A DNA stretch of 64,000 nucleotides from Archaeoglobaceae archaeon (GTDB lineage: Archaea; Halobacteriota; Archaeoglobi; Archaeoglobales; Archaeoglobaceae). The DNA lies in assembly GCA_038731605.1 (NCBI GenBank), contig JAVYQP010000005.1:16039-80038 (forward strand). The letters run 5' to 3'. The position numbers and the translations under genes were made by a program. Shown in pieces: positions 26,814 to 35,558 of the stretch (its first letter is position 1; each line of letters opens with the position of its first letter). Below the pieces are notes generated by a model that had not been told where the DNA came from, did not search any database, and saw only the letters and a list, made by a program, of their open reading frames with translations.

Positions 26814-27412
26814 ATCCTCACCTCCAGCTTTGCAACACATCTACTACCAACAACGAGTTTGCAGTTGTCAATGAAACTGCTGTCGACGTAGACTATCCTC
26901 TCGAACTTCATCAACTGCGCTCCAGAGCTAAGGTCTCCGTGGTTAAGAAGTGGTTGGGAATTACTAAGCAAAAGGGAACCATTTAAATTTTTCAGCGAGA
27001 CATTGAGCCCGTAGGAAATAGGTGAGCCAAACATCGTGAGATTGAGTCCGAGGTATTTCTTCACTTCTCTTCTACACTCATTGTTAGCCATGAGCTCCGC
27101 AAACTTCTTGGTTTTATTGAAGTCGATGTGGTTGTATTCTTTCTTGTTAAACGTAACGGTGGTGTTTATGGCTATCAAACCCGGTCGAAATTCCATGCTC
27201 GTGCAGTTGATCACATCCATGCCCTCCCAGTCTGAAGGGTAACCGGGATCTTCGGCGAGCAACGCAGCAATTCTATAAGCCTGGTGAGCTAAGCTTATCT
27301 CACTCCTGACGTCCGCAAAAACCCCAGGCAGAAAGTTGGCTACGAAGATAAAGGTGAATAGGAAGATTGAGAGTCCGATGAGTAGGTCGAGACTTAGCTT
27401 ACCCTCATCCAT
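26804..27412 (-). CDS. Pilin-like protein, first gene of the operon
   Basis: MDEGKLSLDLLIGLSIFLFTFIFVANF. The ATG at 27412 is about 25 nt downstream of a TATA-like CTTATATGTG. The track ORF extends to 27502. Confidence 0.45.
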   Translation of the reverse strand: MDEGKLSLDLLIGLSIFLFTFIFVANFLPGVFADVRSEISLAHQAYRIAALLAEDPGYPSDWEGMDVINCTSMEFRPGLIAINTTVTFNKKEYNHIDFNKTKKFAELMANNECRREVKKYLGLNLTMFGSPISYGLNVSLKNLNGSLLLSNSQPLLNHGDLSSGAQLMKFERIVYVDSSFIDNCKLVVGSRCVAKLEVRIWI

Positions 27413-27728
27413 CGATAAAATTTGACATAGAACACATATAAGCATTTTGGTTTTCATCATTATAATAATTAAAAAGTCTCGCAGACAAAGTCGGGAGCTC
27501 AAAAAGCGTCCACGATCGCAACTTCACGATTTAAACATTTTGTTTCCCCAAAGCGTTCGTTAAAAAAATCGATGAAGAGATCTGGATTTGATAGGGAGAC
27601 GACTACGCTAATCCACTTTTTCTTTTTATTTTACGACGCTCTCGATAGAAGTTGTGAGCCTCAACCCCTTGTATTGCTTGTTCACGAAACGCTCCCGTTC
27701 TTCCAAGGTGAGCATCGCCGATAAAAAA

Positions 27729-28103
27729 TCAGAGAAGCCTAAAAACCGCATTTATTATTGCGAGTGTCACGAGCTTGTCTTCGCCTATGGGTTCGCATAT
27801 TATCACTTTCTTCCCCTCGAAAAATCCCTCTTTCCTTCCCTCGCCCTTCGGAAATCCCAAGATCTCGGGCAAGTCTTCGGTTACGTGAAGCCCGTAGGAG
27901 ATGAACAACGGCACAACGTAAACGACATCGCTCTTCATGCTCCTTATCGCTTCATCTGGCGATGGCTTCCTTTTCCTCGCAGCGAAGGCGATCTTCACTT
28001 CTTCAAACATCCCTGTCTTTTCAATCCTTTCCCTGTGCTTTTCCATGACCTCTTTATAGTGCGAGAGTTGACTTCCGTGACCAACTATAACCAAGCCAGC
28101 CAT
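27729..28103 (-). CDS. cbiX: Sirohydrochlorin cobaltochelatase, small form (CbiX-S)
   Basis: 124 aa with LVIVGHGSQ and [12 protein letters not shown] motifs. Confidence 0.8.
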   Translation of the reverse strand: MAGLVIVGHGSQLSHYKEVMEKHRERIEKTGMFEEVKIAFAARKRKPSPDEAIRSMKSDVVYVVPLFISYGLHVTEDLPEILGFPKGEGRKEGFFEGKKVIICEPIGEDKLVTLAIINAVFRLL

Positions 28104-28107
28104 CAGA

Positions 28108-28647
28108 TCACCTCACGTAGATTATCGAGTTGTTCGACTCTATCGTAACTTCGCTCGCCAAACCCCTTCTAATCCTTTCCTTGGAGCAAAGATCCTCAAG
28201 GACAACGATCTCGGCATCACCGAGAAGCTTCGGATCGAAGTTCTTGTCCGCCAGGATCAGAAGAGATCTTTTTCCCACATCGAACTTTCTTCCATGAGCG
28301 TTCACAACCAACACATCGCAGAGATCCACTTTGAGTTTCGAAAGCGCAACTTGGACGCTCGATATTCCCGGCTCGATTTCCGCTTTTTTAAAGAATTTCC
28401 CAAGCCCGGCAACCATCGGATCCCCAGTTGAGAGAACCGCAACCTCTTTTTCACTCGCCTCTTTTTCGATCTGCGAATAGACTTCATCCCCAAACTTCTT
28501 CAAGATCCTAACGTCTCCCTTTATCCAATTCTCAGCAAGCTTTAAAGCCCTCTCGCTTCCGTAAACGACTTCAGATCTCTCGATCAAAGCCTTCGCTCTG
28601 TCTGTGATATGCCCCTCACAAATTCCTACCCCAATAATCCTCAGCAA
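28108..28647 (-). CDS. cbiE: Cobalt-precorrin-7 (C5)-methyltransferase
   Basis: N-terminus [12 protein letters not shown]...VVYGSERAL and [11 protein letters not shown] (tetrapyrrole methylase fold). About 180 aa. Confidence 0.75.
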   Translation of the reverse strand: MLRIIGVGICEGHITDRAKALIERSEVVYGSERALKLAENWIKGDVRILKKFGDEVYSQIEKEASEKEVAVLSTGDPMVAGLGKFFKKAEIEPGISSVQVALSKLKVDLCDVLVVNAHGRKFDVGKRSLLILADKNFDPKLLGDAEIVVLEDLCSKERIRRGLASEVTIESNNSIIYVR

Positions 28648-29485
28648 TTACATCCACCTCCGCACCAAAACGTTTCGCCTTCTCGAACAAATCCTCTTTC
28701 CCCGCCCACCTCTTCAGCAAACCCCTATAGCCAACGATGATCTTCTTTCCCTCGTGCTCCGAGAGGATCTCATCCAAATGAACCCCAAAAACAAAGGGCT
28801 GGAAGTCTGGATACTTTCTCCTCGCATACTCCCACGCCTTTCTTCCGGTTGCAATCGCGATCTTCGAATACCTTTTCGCAATCTCAACCTTTAGGGCAAC
28901 GAGTTCCTTGCACCAAGGCTCGACGAAGCCAGTGGTTCCAAGGATTGAAATCCCACCTTTTATCCCGAGTTCTTCGTTCTTTGTTTCCTTCGCAACCCTT
29001 TTCCCTTCGGGAATTTCGACGAGGACTCCTCCTTTGTAATTCGTCAACTTGCACACTCTGCTGAAGTTTTCAAGAATCTGCTTCATTGCGCTCTCGCTGA
29101 CAGCTTTTTTGCCGTTGATCTCGCCAATCCCATCTCCGAAAACAACCCTTTCGCCAATGGCTTTTGCATGGACTTCGATGCCATTCGTTGCATCGAACTC
29201 GTGATCTCCTGCGAACTTCGTTGCGATCGCAAACCCATTCTCCGCTTCTACCTCAACTTTGACGTCTATGCCAATAGGTGTTGAAACGCTCACAACTTCG
29301 AACTCGTATTCGAGAGAAGCTATTGAAGCGACGATTGCTGTGGAAACAGTGGTTGCGGTCGTTATCCCCCTCCTAAGGTAGCCATCCTTTTTCAGAATAA
29401 AAAGCCCGCTTTTAACGAGAGCTTCAGCCGTTTCATTGCACCACTCTTTGGGATACTCGTAGAGCTCAATCGGATCTCTCAGCAT
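28616..29485 (-). CDS. cbiD: Cobalt-precorrin-5B (C1)-methyltransferase
   Basis: LRRGITTATT and GGISILGTTGFVEPW motifs. Confidence 0.8.
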   Translation of the reverse strand: MLRDPIELYEYPKEWCNETAEALVKSGLFILKKDGYLRRGITTATTVSTAIVASIASLEYEFEVVSVSTPIGIDVKVEVEAENGFAIATKFAGDHEFDATNGIEVHAKAIGERVVFGDGIGEINGKKAVSESAMKQILENFSRVCKLTNYKGGVLVEIPEGKRVAKETKNEELGIKGGISILGTTGFVEPWCKELVALKVEIAKRYSKIAIATGRKAWEYARRKYPDFQPFVFGVHLDEILSEHEGKKIIVGYRGLLKRWAGKEDLFEKAKRFGAEVDVIAEDYWGRNL

Positions 29486-30791
29486 ACTCTATTAGGCAAT
29501 TGAGAATCGCTGCACAAACGTTGCTACCGCCTTTGCTTCCCTTCGTAGTTATCGAGGGCAAATCCAAGCTCGAAATTCGTAGCTTCGACTCTTCAGCGTT
29601 AACGAAGCCGACAGGTGTTGCGACGATGAACCTCGGCTTGTATCTCTCTGCGAGCTCGTAAACCGCAATCGCTGCGGATGGCGAATTTCCAATTGCAACA
29701 ACGCTCCCTTCGATGAGCTTTGCAATCTTTCTGAAGCCTGAAGCGGTTCTCGTGTCATCACCTTCTGCGAAATCTGTTGCGCAAATCGAACCCGTTCTTA
29801 GCCCGACTTTTACCATCTTCACGTCAACGATTATCCTTGCCCCATCCCTTATCGCCTTCACTCCTTCTTCCGGGTCTCCTTTGAACTGCACGATCTCAGC
29901 AAAGCTCGGATCTCCAGTGGTTGCAATACAACGCCTTAGGATTTCGTCCTTCAGCGTATCCCCAGGAACAAATTCCCTAAGAATTTCAGAGCTTTTCTCT
30001 GCAATCTCCACAGCTTTGGACGTCTTTGCTCCCATTTTTGCGACTTTCGATTTCCTTGGTGTGAACATCTTCCCGTTTTTCACGATCGTCTCCGAATTTG
30101 GGACTATGAGCGTTGTGTTCATGTCAATCGCTTCAGGATTCCCAATGATCTCACTTACCCGCATGACTGCGATGCTTTGCCCAGTGCGGAAAGCGTTTCT
30201 CACGACGCCAATCTGCACGTCTCCACGCAGTGCGTAGATCAGTTCCATAGCTCTGATCAGATTTCCCCTCCTCGAAGAGCTCGATGGATTGTAGATTGCG
30301 ATCACAAAATCGCCTTGGAGAGCGTAAACCAACCGAGACTCGATGACGTTCCAAGGGACGAGGAGGTCGCTCAAGCTTATGACAACGTGATCTCCGCTTA
30401 TCGGACATCCGAGAAGCGAGGAAACTGCGTTAACAGCGGAAACCCCCGGGATGACTTCAACGTCAACATCTACGTTCTTCTCCATTAGAAACTCGTAGAC
30501 AAAGGGCAGTATTCCGTATATGCTCGGGTCTCCACCGCTCACGAGTGATACAACGCTGTTTTTAGCGAGCTCAACAGCTATTTCGACACGCTTCATTTCT
30601 TCCCTCATTCCAGTTGTCACGAGCTTCTTGTCCTTGATGAGATCCGAGATCTCCTCAACGTATTTCTTGTAGCCCACGATATACTCCGATTTTTCGATGG
30701 CTTCAAGCGCTTTTAGCGTTAAAAGTCCTTTACCAGCGCCGATTCCAACGACGTAGAGTTTACCTTGCGATTGCAACCGTAACACCCCCAT
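29466..30791 (-). CDS. cbiH: Fused cobalt-precorrin-3B C17-methyltransferase / cobalt-precorrin-8 methylmutase (CbiH-CbiC)
   Basis: The N-terminal part has LYVVGIGAGKGLLTLKA and SGGDPSIYG (CbiH). The C-terminal part has VAIGNSPSAA and ATPVGFVNAEESK (CbiC). Start taken at the ATG at 30791; the track ORF extends to 30821. Confidence 0.8.
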   Translation of the reverse strand: MGVLRLQSQGKLYVVGIGAGKGLLTLKALEAIEKSEYIVGYKKYVEEISDLIKDKKLVTTGMREEMKRVEIAVELAKNSVVSLVSGGDPSIYGILPFVYEFLMEKNVDVDVEVIPGVSAVNAVSSLLGCPISGDHVVISLSDLLVPWNVIESRLVYALQGDFVIAIYNPSSSSRRGNLIRAMELIYALRGDVQIGVVRNAFRTGQSIAVMRVSEIIGNPEAIDMNTTLIVPNSETIVKNGKMFTPRKSKVAKMGAKTSKAVEIAEKSSEILREFVPGDTLKDEILRRCIATTGDPSFAEIVQFKGDPEEGVKAIRDGARIIVDVKMVKVGLRTGSICATDFAEGDDTRTASGFRKIAKLIEGSVVAIGNSPSAAIAVYELAERYKPRFIVATPVGFVNAEESKLRISSLDLPSITTKGSKGGSNVCAAILNCLIEYAERSD

Positions 30792-31476
30792 AAACTCTTT
30801 TTCTGAGCAGAAGCTCTCCAAAACGAGAAAACTTCAAAGCACATCCTTCTGCAACGTTCTTAACACCAATAAGCTTAGCCTTTGTCTCCTCTAAATCCAT
30901 TTGATTCAAGTCCTGTTTCTTTACAAAAAAGAGCGGTCTTTTAATCGCATCCGCAACTTTAACGATCTCGCTGTCCTCTTTTCCCTCTACGGTTGCGATC
31001 ACTCGCACGTCTTCGAAGCTAAGCCCACACTCGCTCAAAGCCTTGGAGATCGCTTCAAGTATCTCCTCCGCTGTTGCGTTTTTCCTGAAGCCGATGCCAA
31101 CTGCTACGCCGTCGCTGAACTCCATCGCAGTCGTTATCACCGCCTCGATTCCGAGCTGAGAGAGGTGTTGAGCAACCTCATTCCCCCCGTGGTGACCGCC
31201 GAGCAAAACTACTGCGTGTTTCATGGGCTTGTCGATCACGATAACCGCTGGATCGACCCATTTGCTCCTTAAGAATTCAGAAATCCCCCTGATTACGATC
31301 CCCGAAGCTAAGTATGCGACGATGCAGTCGAAGCGCATTAGCTCTGCCCAAATTTTTCGATCGTAAAAAACGAGCTTCGTGTGCCATCTCTTTGCGAGAT
31401 GCGCAACTATTTCAGAAAGCTTCTCCTTATCCTTCTCGAAGCACAGAACCGCTATAGAGGTGAGATCTGCCCTCAT
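30760..31476 (-). CDS. cbiG: Cobalt-precorrin-5A hydrolase
   Basis: GIVIRGI, LLGGHHGGN and GVAVGIGFRKN motifs typical of CbiG. Confidence 0.75.
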   Translation of the reverse strand: MRADLTSIAVLCFEKDKEKLSEIVAHLAKRWHTKLVFYDRKIWAELMRFDCIVAYLASGIVIRGISEFLRSKWVDPAVIVIDKPMKHAVVLLGGHHGGNEVAQHLSQLGIEAVITTAMEFSDGVAVGIGFRKNATAEEILEAISKALSECGLSFEDVRVIATVEGKEDSEIVKVADAIKRPLFFVKKQDLNQMDLEETKAKLIGVKNVAEGCALKFSRFGELLLRKRVYGGVTVAIAR

Positions 31477-32152
31477 AGCCGTGAACAGCTCTCCCGATTA
31501 TTATGACCGCAGTCTTCTTAATCCCCATTTCGCGCATCTTTTCCCCAAGCTCCCTTAGCGTGCAGAAGAACTTCTTCTCATCCTTCCTCGATGCTTTGTA
31601 AACGACTGCGCAAGGCTCTTCGAGTCCACGAACTTTCCCAACCTTCTCCGCAATGTAGTCCGCTTTGTCCGCCCCAAGAAGTATCACGAGAGTCAAAGGC
31701 AGTTTTGCAAGCTCCTCAAGGTAGTCTTCGCCTAAAGTTCTCCCTCTCGGTCGAATTATTGCGACGCCTACGATTTCTGGAGTCGTAAGTTCTATTCCGA
31801 GCGATGCGGATGCGGAGAAAACACTACTAACTCCGGGGATGATTTCTGAATCGATCCCCCTTTTCCGTAACTCTCTGATCTGCTCCCATAAAGCGCCGAA
31901 AATGCTTGGATCCCCGCTTTGGATCCTCACAACGATTTTTCCATTTTTTACATGCTCCTCGATCAAATCCACGATCTCCTCAAGGCTCATCCCATGGCTG
32001 TCAACTTTCTCCCCCTTGAACTCTTTAAGCGCCTCTCTTTCGATTATCGAGCCGGGATAGATTATCAGATCTGCTTTTTCGAGCAGTTTTCTCGCCTTCA
32101 CAGTCAAAAGCTCCGGATCTCCGGGACCGAAGCCCACGAAGTAAACCTTCAT
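31427..32152 (-). CDS. cbiF: Cobalt-precorrin-4 C11-methyltransferase
   Basis: VYFVGFGPGDPELLTVKA, IQSGDPSIFG, IIPGVSS. Confidence 0.85.
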   Translation of the reverse strand: MKVYFVGFGPGDPELLTVKARKLLEKADLIIYPGSIIEREALKEFKGEKVDSHGMSLEEIVDLIEEHVKNGKIVVRIQSGDPSIFGALWEQIRELRKRGIDSEIIPGVSSVFSASASLGIELTTPEIVGVAIIRPRGRTLGEDYLEELAKLPLTLVILLGADKADYIAEKVGKVRGLEEPCAVVYKASRKDEKKFFCTLRELGEKMREMGIKKTAVIIIGRAVHGYEGRSHLYSGSVLREG

Positions 32153-32736
32153 CTCTTCGCCACCACCAAGCTGAAGTAGTCTGCGCTCTCGGGCAAATTC
32201 TTTGTAATTCTCTCGCCTTCCATAAACATCCTCTCCACAAACCAGAAATCGGAAAAACCTTGATTTTTCAGCTTCTCAGCGACTTCCTTCGGCTTCTTGG
32301 ACTTCATAACCACAACGACTTCTTCTCTGTGGAATTCGGGGGTCGTGACCAAAAGCGCTTTCTCAACAAAAACTTTCGCCTTCGCCAAAGCACAGGAAAC
32401 ACTCGTAATCCCGGGAACTATTTCGACCTCGATCCTTGGGTTTATCTTGACGAGCTCGCTGTAAAGGTGATGGAAAGTCGAGTAAAGCATTGGATCACCA
32501 AGACAGCAAAACGCAACATCGCAACTTTTAAAGGCTAACTCCTCCGCAAGGGCTCTCACAACTTTACTCGCATCCCCCATCGGGAACTCAACAATTCTCG
32601 GCTCCCTTATATCCTTAACGAGCTCATAAGCCATTTTCCCGGGAACTATGACTTCATCAGCTTTCTTTATGATTTCCACCGCTTTTAAAGTCAACAGCTT
32701 TTTATCTCCTGGTCCAAGTCCAATTGCGTAGAGCAT
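32149..32736 (-). CDS. cbiL: Cobalt-precorrin-2 C20-methyltransferase
   Basis: MLYAIGLGPGDKKLLTLKA, CLGDPMLYS, IVPGITS. Start moved to the ATG at 32736. Confidence 0.8.
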   Translation of the reverse strand: MLYAIGLGPGDKKLLTLKAVEIIKKADEVIVPGKMAYELVKDIREPRIVEFPMGDASKVVRALAEELAFKSCDVAFCCLGDPMLYSTFHHLYSELVKINPRIEVEIVPGITSVSCALAKAKVFVEKALLVTTPEFHREEVVVVMKSKKPKEVAEKLKNQGFSDFWFVERMFMEGERITKNLPESADYFSLVVAKR

Positions 32737-32767
32737 AGCGAAACTACTCCACGAATATAAAATTCTT

Positions 32768-32817
32768 TTGACATCTTTTCCGAAAAACTTAAATAAAGTA
32801 GAATTGATCGATGTCAA
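32768..32817. promoter_or_regulatory. Inverted repeat TTGACATC-N34-GATGTCAA bracketing the TATA-like box of the cbiM promoter
   Basis: Perfect 8-bp arms at 32768-32775 and 32810-32817. TTAAATAA lies at about 32789-32796, and the cbiM ATG at 32827. Confidence 0.25.
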
Positions 32818-32826
32818 GGTGATTTG

Positions 32827-33471
32827 ATGCACATCGCCGAAGGTTTTCTACCGCCAGAGTGGTGCGCTTTGTGGTTTGCATTCTCAGCGCCGTTCCTAAT
32901 CTACGGAGCGGTAAAACTTAGGTCGAGAATCACCAACAGGAGGGATAAGGTTCTTTTGGCTGTGTCCACTGGGTTCATATTCGTTCTCTCAGCGATGAAG
33001 ATGCCGTCCGTAACGGGGAGCTGTTCCCACCCGACTGGGACTGGTATTGCGGTCGTCTTCTTTGGTCCAGCGATAACCGCTGTTTTGTCTGCGATCGTTC
33101 TGCTTTATCAAGCTCTGTTGCTCGCCCACGGCGGAATAACGACGCTCGGCGCAAACGTTGCGTCGATGGGCATCTTCGGTCCGTTTCTCGGCTGGATAGC
33201 CTACAAGCTTCTCAAGAAAAACCAGAGAATCGCAGTATTCACCGCTGCCTTCGTTGCAGACATTGCTACCTATGTTCTAACATCGCTACAACTTGCGCTC
33301 GCTTTTCCAGCAAATCCAACGTTCTACGGCTTTCTCGATTCAGCAGTTCGATTCTTGGCGATCTTTGCAATCACGCAGGTTCCAATTGCGGTGATCGAAG
33401 CGATAATTGCGGTTGCGATTTTTGAACAAGTCGCACAAAGAGTTTCGGTGCTTGAGGTGAGCAGGGCATGA
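32827..33471 (+). CDS. cbiM: Cobalt ECF transporter substrate-capture component CbiM
   Basis: N-terminal MHIAEGFLP (metal-binding Met-His start) and multiple TM segments. Confidence 0.85.
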   Translation: MHIAEGFLPPEWCALWFAFSAPFLIYGAVKLRSRITNRRDKVLLAVSTGFIFVLSAMKMPSVTGSCSHPTGTGIAVVFFGPAITAVLSAIVLLYQALLLAHGGITTLGANVASMGIFGPFLGWIAYKLLKKNQRIAVFTAAFVADIATYVLTSLQLALAFPANPTFYGFLDSAVRFLAIFAITQVPIAVIEAIIAVAIFEQVAQRVSVLEVSRA

Positions 33472-33686
33472 AGTTGTTCGCACCGCTTTTTACCTTGCTC
33501 GGCTGGATCGGTGCAGATGAGATGGCTGAAGAGCTCATCAAAGAGATAAATCCGGAGTTCGAACCTTGGTTCAGCCCAATTTTCGAGCCAAGCGGAGAGC
33601 TCGAAACCTTCTTTTTCACACTCCAAGTCGCAATTGGAGCGTTGATCGTTGGCTACATCCTTGGATACTTGCATGGAAGATCTTGA
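33468..33686 (+). CDS. cbiN: Cobalt transport protein CbiN
   Basis: 72 aa with two TM segments. ATGA overlap with cbiM. Position is between cbiM and cbiQ. Confidence 0.7.
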   Translation: MKLFAPLFTLLGWIGADEMAEELIKEINPEFEPWFSPIFEPSGELETFFFTLQVAIGALIVGYILGYLHGRS

Positions 33687-34380
33687 GAGGATTCAGGTAA
33701 AGGCGAGGAAGCTGATAAGCGGGAGCTTGAACGTTTACTTTTGCCTACTCTTAGTCTTCCTTGCGTCCATTTCCACGAAGGTTCAGCTTTTTTCCATCGT
33801 AGTCTTCACGTCTCTCAGCCTTTACGCAATCGGGAAAAACTACTTCAGGGTTCTCGAAATTCCTGTTATATTTTTGCTTCCCAGCGTTTTTGTAATCCTC
33901 CTGACCATTGAAGGCGAAACGATCTTCGAGTTCTGGGTGTTCAGGATCTCCAATAAAGCCTTGGACGTCGTTTACTCAACGTTGCTCAGGGTGTTTGCAA
34001 TTCTAAGCATTCTAACGTATCTAATATCAACAACAACGCTTCCAGAGTTCATATCTGCGCTGAAAAAGCTTAGACTTCCGAGTTTCTTGGTCGAGATGAT
34101 GTTCCTGAGCTACAGGTCTATACAGGTTCTCGTTGGTGAGCTGAAAAAGTTCGAGACTTCCGCAACTCTAAGACTCGGATACATCGACTTCAGAACTTCG
34201 ATTTCGACGAAATCTCTGCTTGCGAGAACGATCTTCCTGAGAGCGATGGACAGAGTTGAGAAAACTGTTCTCGCAATGGATCTGCGTGGTGAGGAGTTTC
34301 CAGATGTTGCGACTAAGAGCAAGGGATTCGCAATGGCTTTTGCGATCTTAGCTTTGGGTGTGGTCCTATGCTTGAAGTGA
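33673..34380 (+). CDS. cbiQ: ECF transporter transmembrane (T) component CbiQ
   Basis: Polytopic, with an ARxxR-type ECF T-component loop (LLARTIFLRAMDR). Position is between cbiN and cbiO. Confidence 0.7.
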   Translation: MEDLERIQVKARKLISGSLNVYFCLLLVFLASISTKVQLFSIVVFTSLSLYAIGKNYFRVLEIPVIFLLPSVFVILLTIEGETIFEFWVFRISNKALDVVYSTLLRVFAILSILTYLISTTTLPEFISALKKLRLPSFLVEMMFLSYRSIQVLVGELKKFETSATLRLGYIDFRTSISTKSLLARTIFLRAMDRVEKTVLAMDLRGEEFPDVATKSKGFAMAFAILALGVVLCLK

Positions 34381-35558
34381 GAGATCTCTGGTTCAGATAC
34401 GACAAGGAATACGTGCTGAAGGGTGTGAGCTTCAAAGCTGACGGCGTTACAATCCTGATGGGCAGAAACGGCTCAGGGAAAACGACGCTACTGCTCAACA
34501 TAATCGGGGTGCTGAAACCGGAAAGGGGAGAGATAAGGATAAAGGGAGAAAAGATTAGCTACGGGAAAAAAGATCTGAAGGAGCTGAGGAAAAAAGTGGC
34601 GTTTGTTTTTCAGAACTCAGATGACCAGATAATAGCTCCGACGGTATGGCAAGAAGTAGCCTTTGGGGCGATAAATGCGGGAAAAGATTTAGAATTGGCG
34701 AGAGAGGCGTTGAAGTTTTGCGGTCTTGAGGGGTTCGAAAGTTATCCATGCTCAACGCTCAGCGGTGGACAAAAAAGGCTTTTAACGATCGCATCAGCAA
34801 TTGCGATGGATCCAGAGCTCATCCTAATGGACGAACCGACCGCTGGGCTCGATGGTGTTGCGTTCGAGAACTTCGTGCAAATTGTGAGGAAGCTTAGGAA
34901 AAAGGGGAAGAGCTTCCTAATTTCGACGCACGACTACGATCTCGCAAAAGCCATCGGAGACCACTTCGTTCTCCTCAACGATGGAAAGGTTGTTTATGAA
35001 GGCGAGGAGCTAAGGAAGGAGCTTGCAAAGCGCATAGGAGTGAGGATAGGTGATTCGATGGAGAATAAGAGGACGAAGGATGAGATAATCGGGATCGTTT
35101 TCTCAAAGCTGAAGCCAGATGCGAACAGCGTGTTCGCAGACATAGGCTGTGGAACTGGAACGGTTTCGGAATTTTTTGCGAGGTTCGTGAAAAAGGTTTA
35201 CGCAGTCGAATCGGATGCGGATGCTTTTGAAGTTGCGAAAGAGAAGCTCAAGCGTTACGAAAACGTCGAAGTTGTGAAATCCGATGGCTTTGAATTCCTG
35301 AGAGACCACGAGTTGGACATAGTCTTCTTCGGCGGAACAAAGGGGATCGATAGGATGCTCGAGGTTTGCAAAGCCAAGCGTATCGTTGTGAACGCTGCGA
35401 GAATCGAAGTTGCGACGGAGGTTATGAAAAAGATGAAGGAGCTCGGAATCTTCAAAGAAATGATAATTGCGAACGTCTCAAGGAGTTATGAGCTCGCTGG
35501 ATTGACAGCGTTTAAAAATGAAAACCCAGTTTTCATAATCTTTGGGTCAAGAGAATGA
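34368..35558 (+). CDS. cbiO: CbiO ABC ATPase fused in frame to cobalt-precorrin-6B C15-methyltransferase (CbiT)
   Basis: Walker A GRNGSGKTT, LSGGQKRLL and Walker B LILMDEP lie in aa 1-225. From aa 231 the sequence MENKRTKDEI...ADIGCGTGTVS is a CbiT-like SAM methyltransferase. No stop separates them. Confidence 0.75.
   Translation: MLEVRDLWFRYDKEYVLKGVSFKADGVTILMGRNGSGKTTLLLNIIGVLKPERGEIRIKGEKISYGKKDLKELRKKVAFVFQNSDDQIIAPTVWQEVAFGAINAGKDLELAREALKFCGLEGFESYPCSTLSGGQKRLLTIASAIAMDPELILMDEPTAGLDGVAFENFVQIVRKLRKKGKSFLISTHDYDLAKAIGDHFVLLNDGKVVYEGEELRKELAKRIGVRIGDSMENKRTKDEIIGIVFSKLKPDANSVFADIGCGTGTVSEFFARFVKKVYAVESDADAFEVAKEKLKRYENVEVVKSDGFEFLRDHELDIVFFGGTKGIDRMLEVCKAKRIVVNAARIEVATEVMKKMKELGIFKEMIIANVSRSYELAGLTAFKNENPVFIIFGSRE

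Noticed and set aside
27503-27728. C/D-box sRNA or other ncRNA in the spacer upstream of the pilin-like operon
   Set aside because: There is a CGATGA string near 27572, but no properly spaced C, D', C' and D boxes (no matching CTGA). No convincing structure is present.
32737-32826. Possible cobalamin riboswitch upstream of cbiM
   Set aside because: The spacer is only 90 bp and is largely occupied by two promoters. This leaves no room for a B12 aptamer of 150 nt or more, and cbiM appears leaderless.
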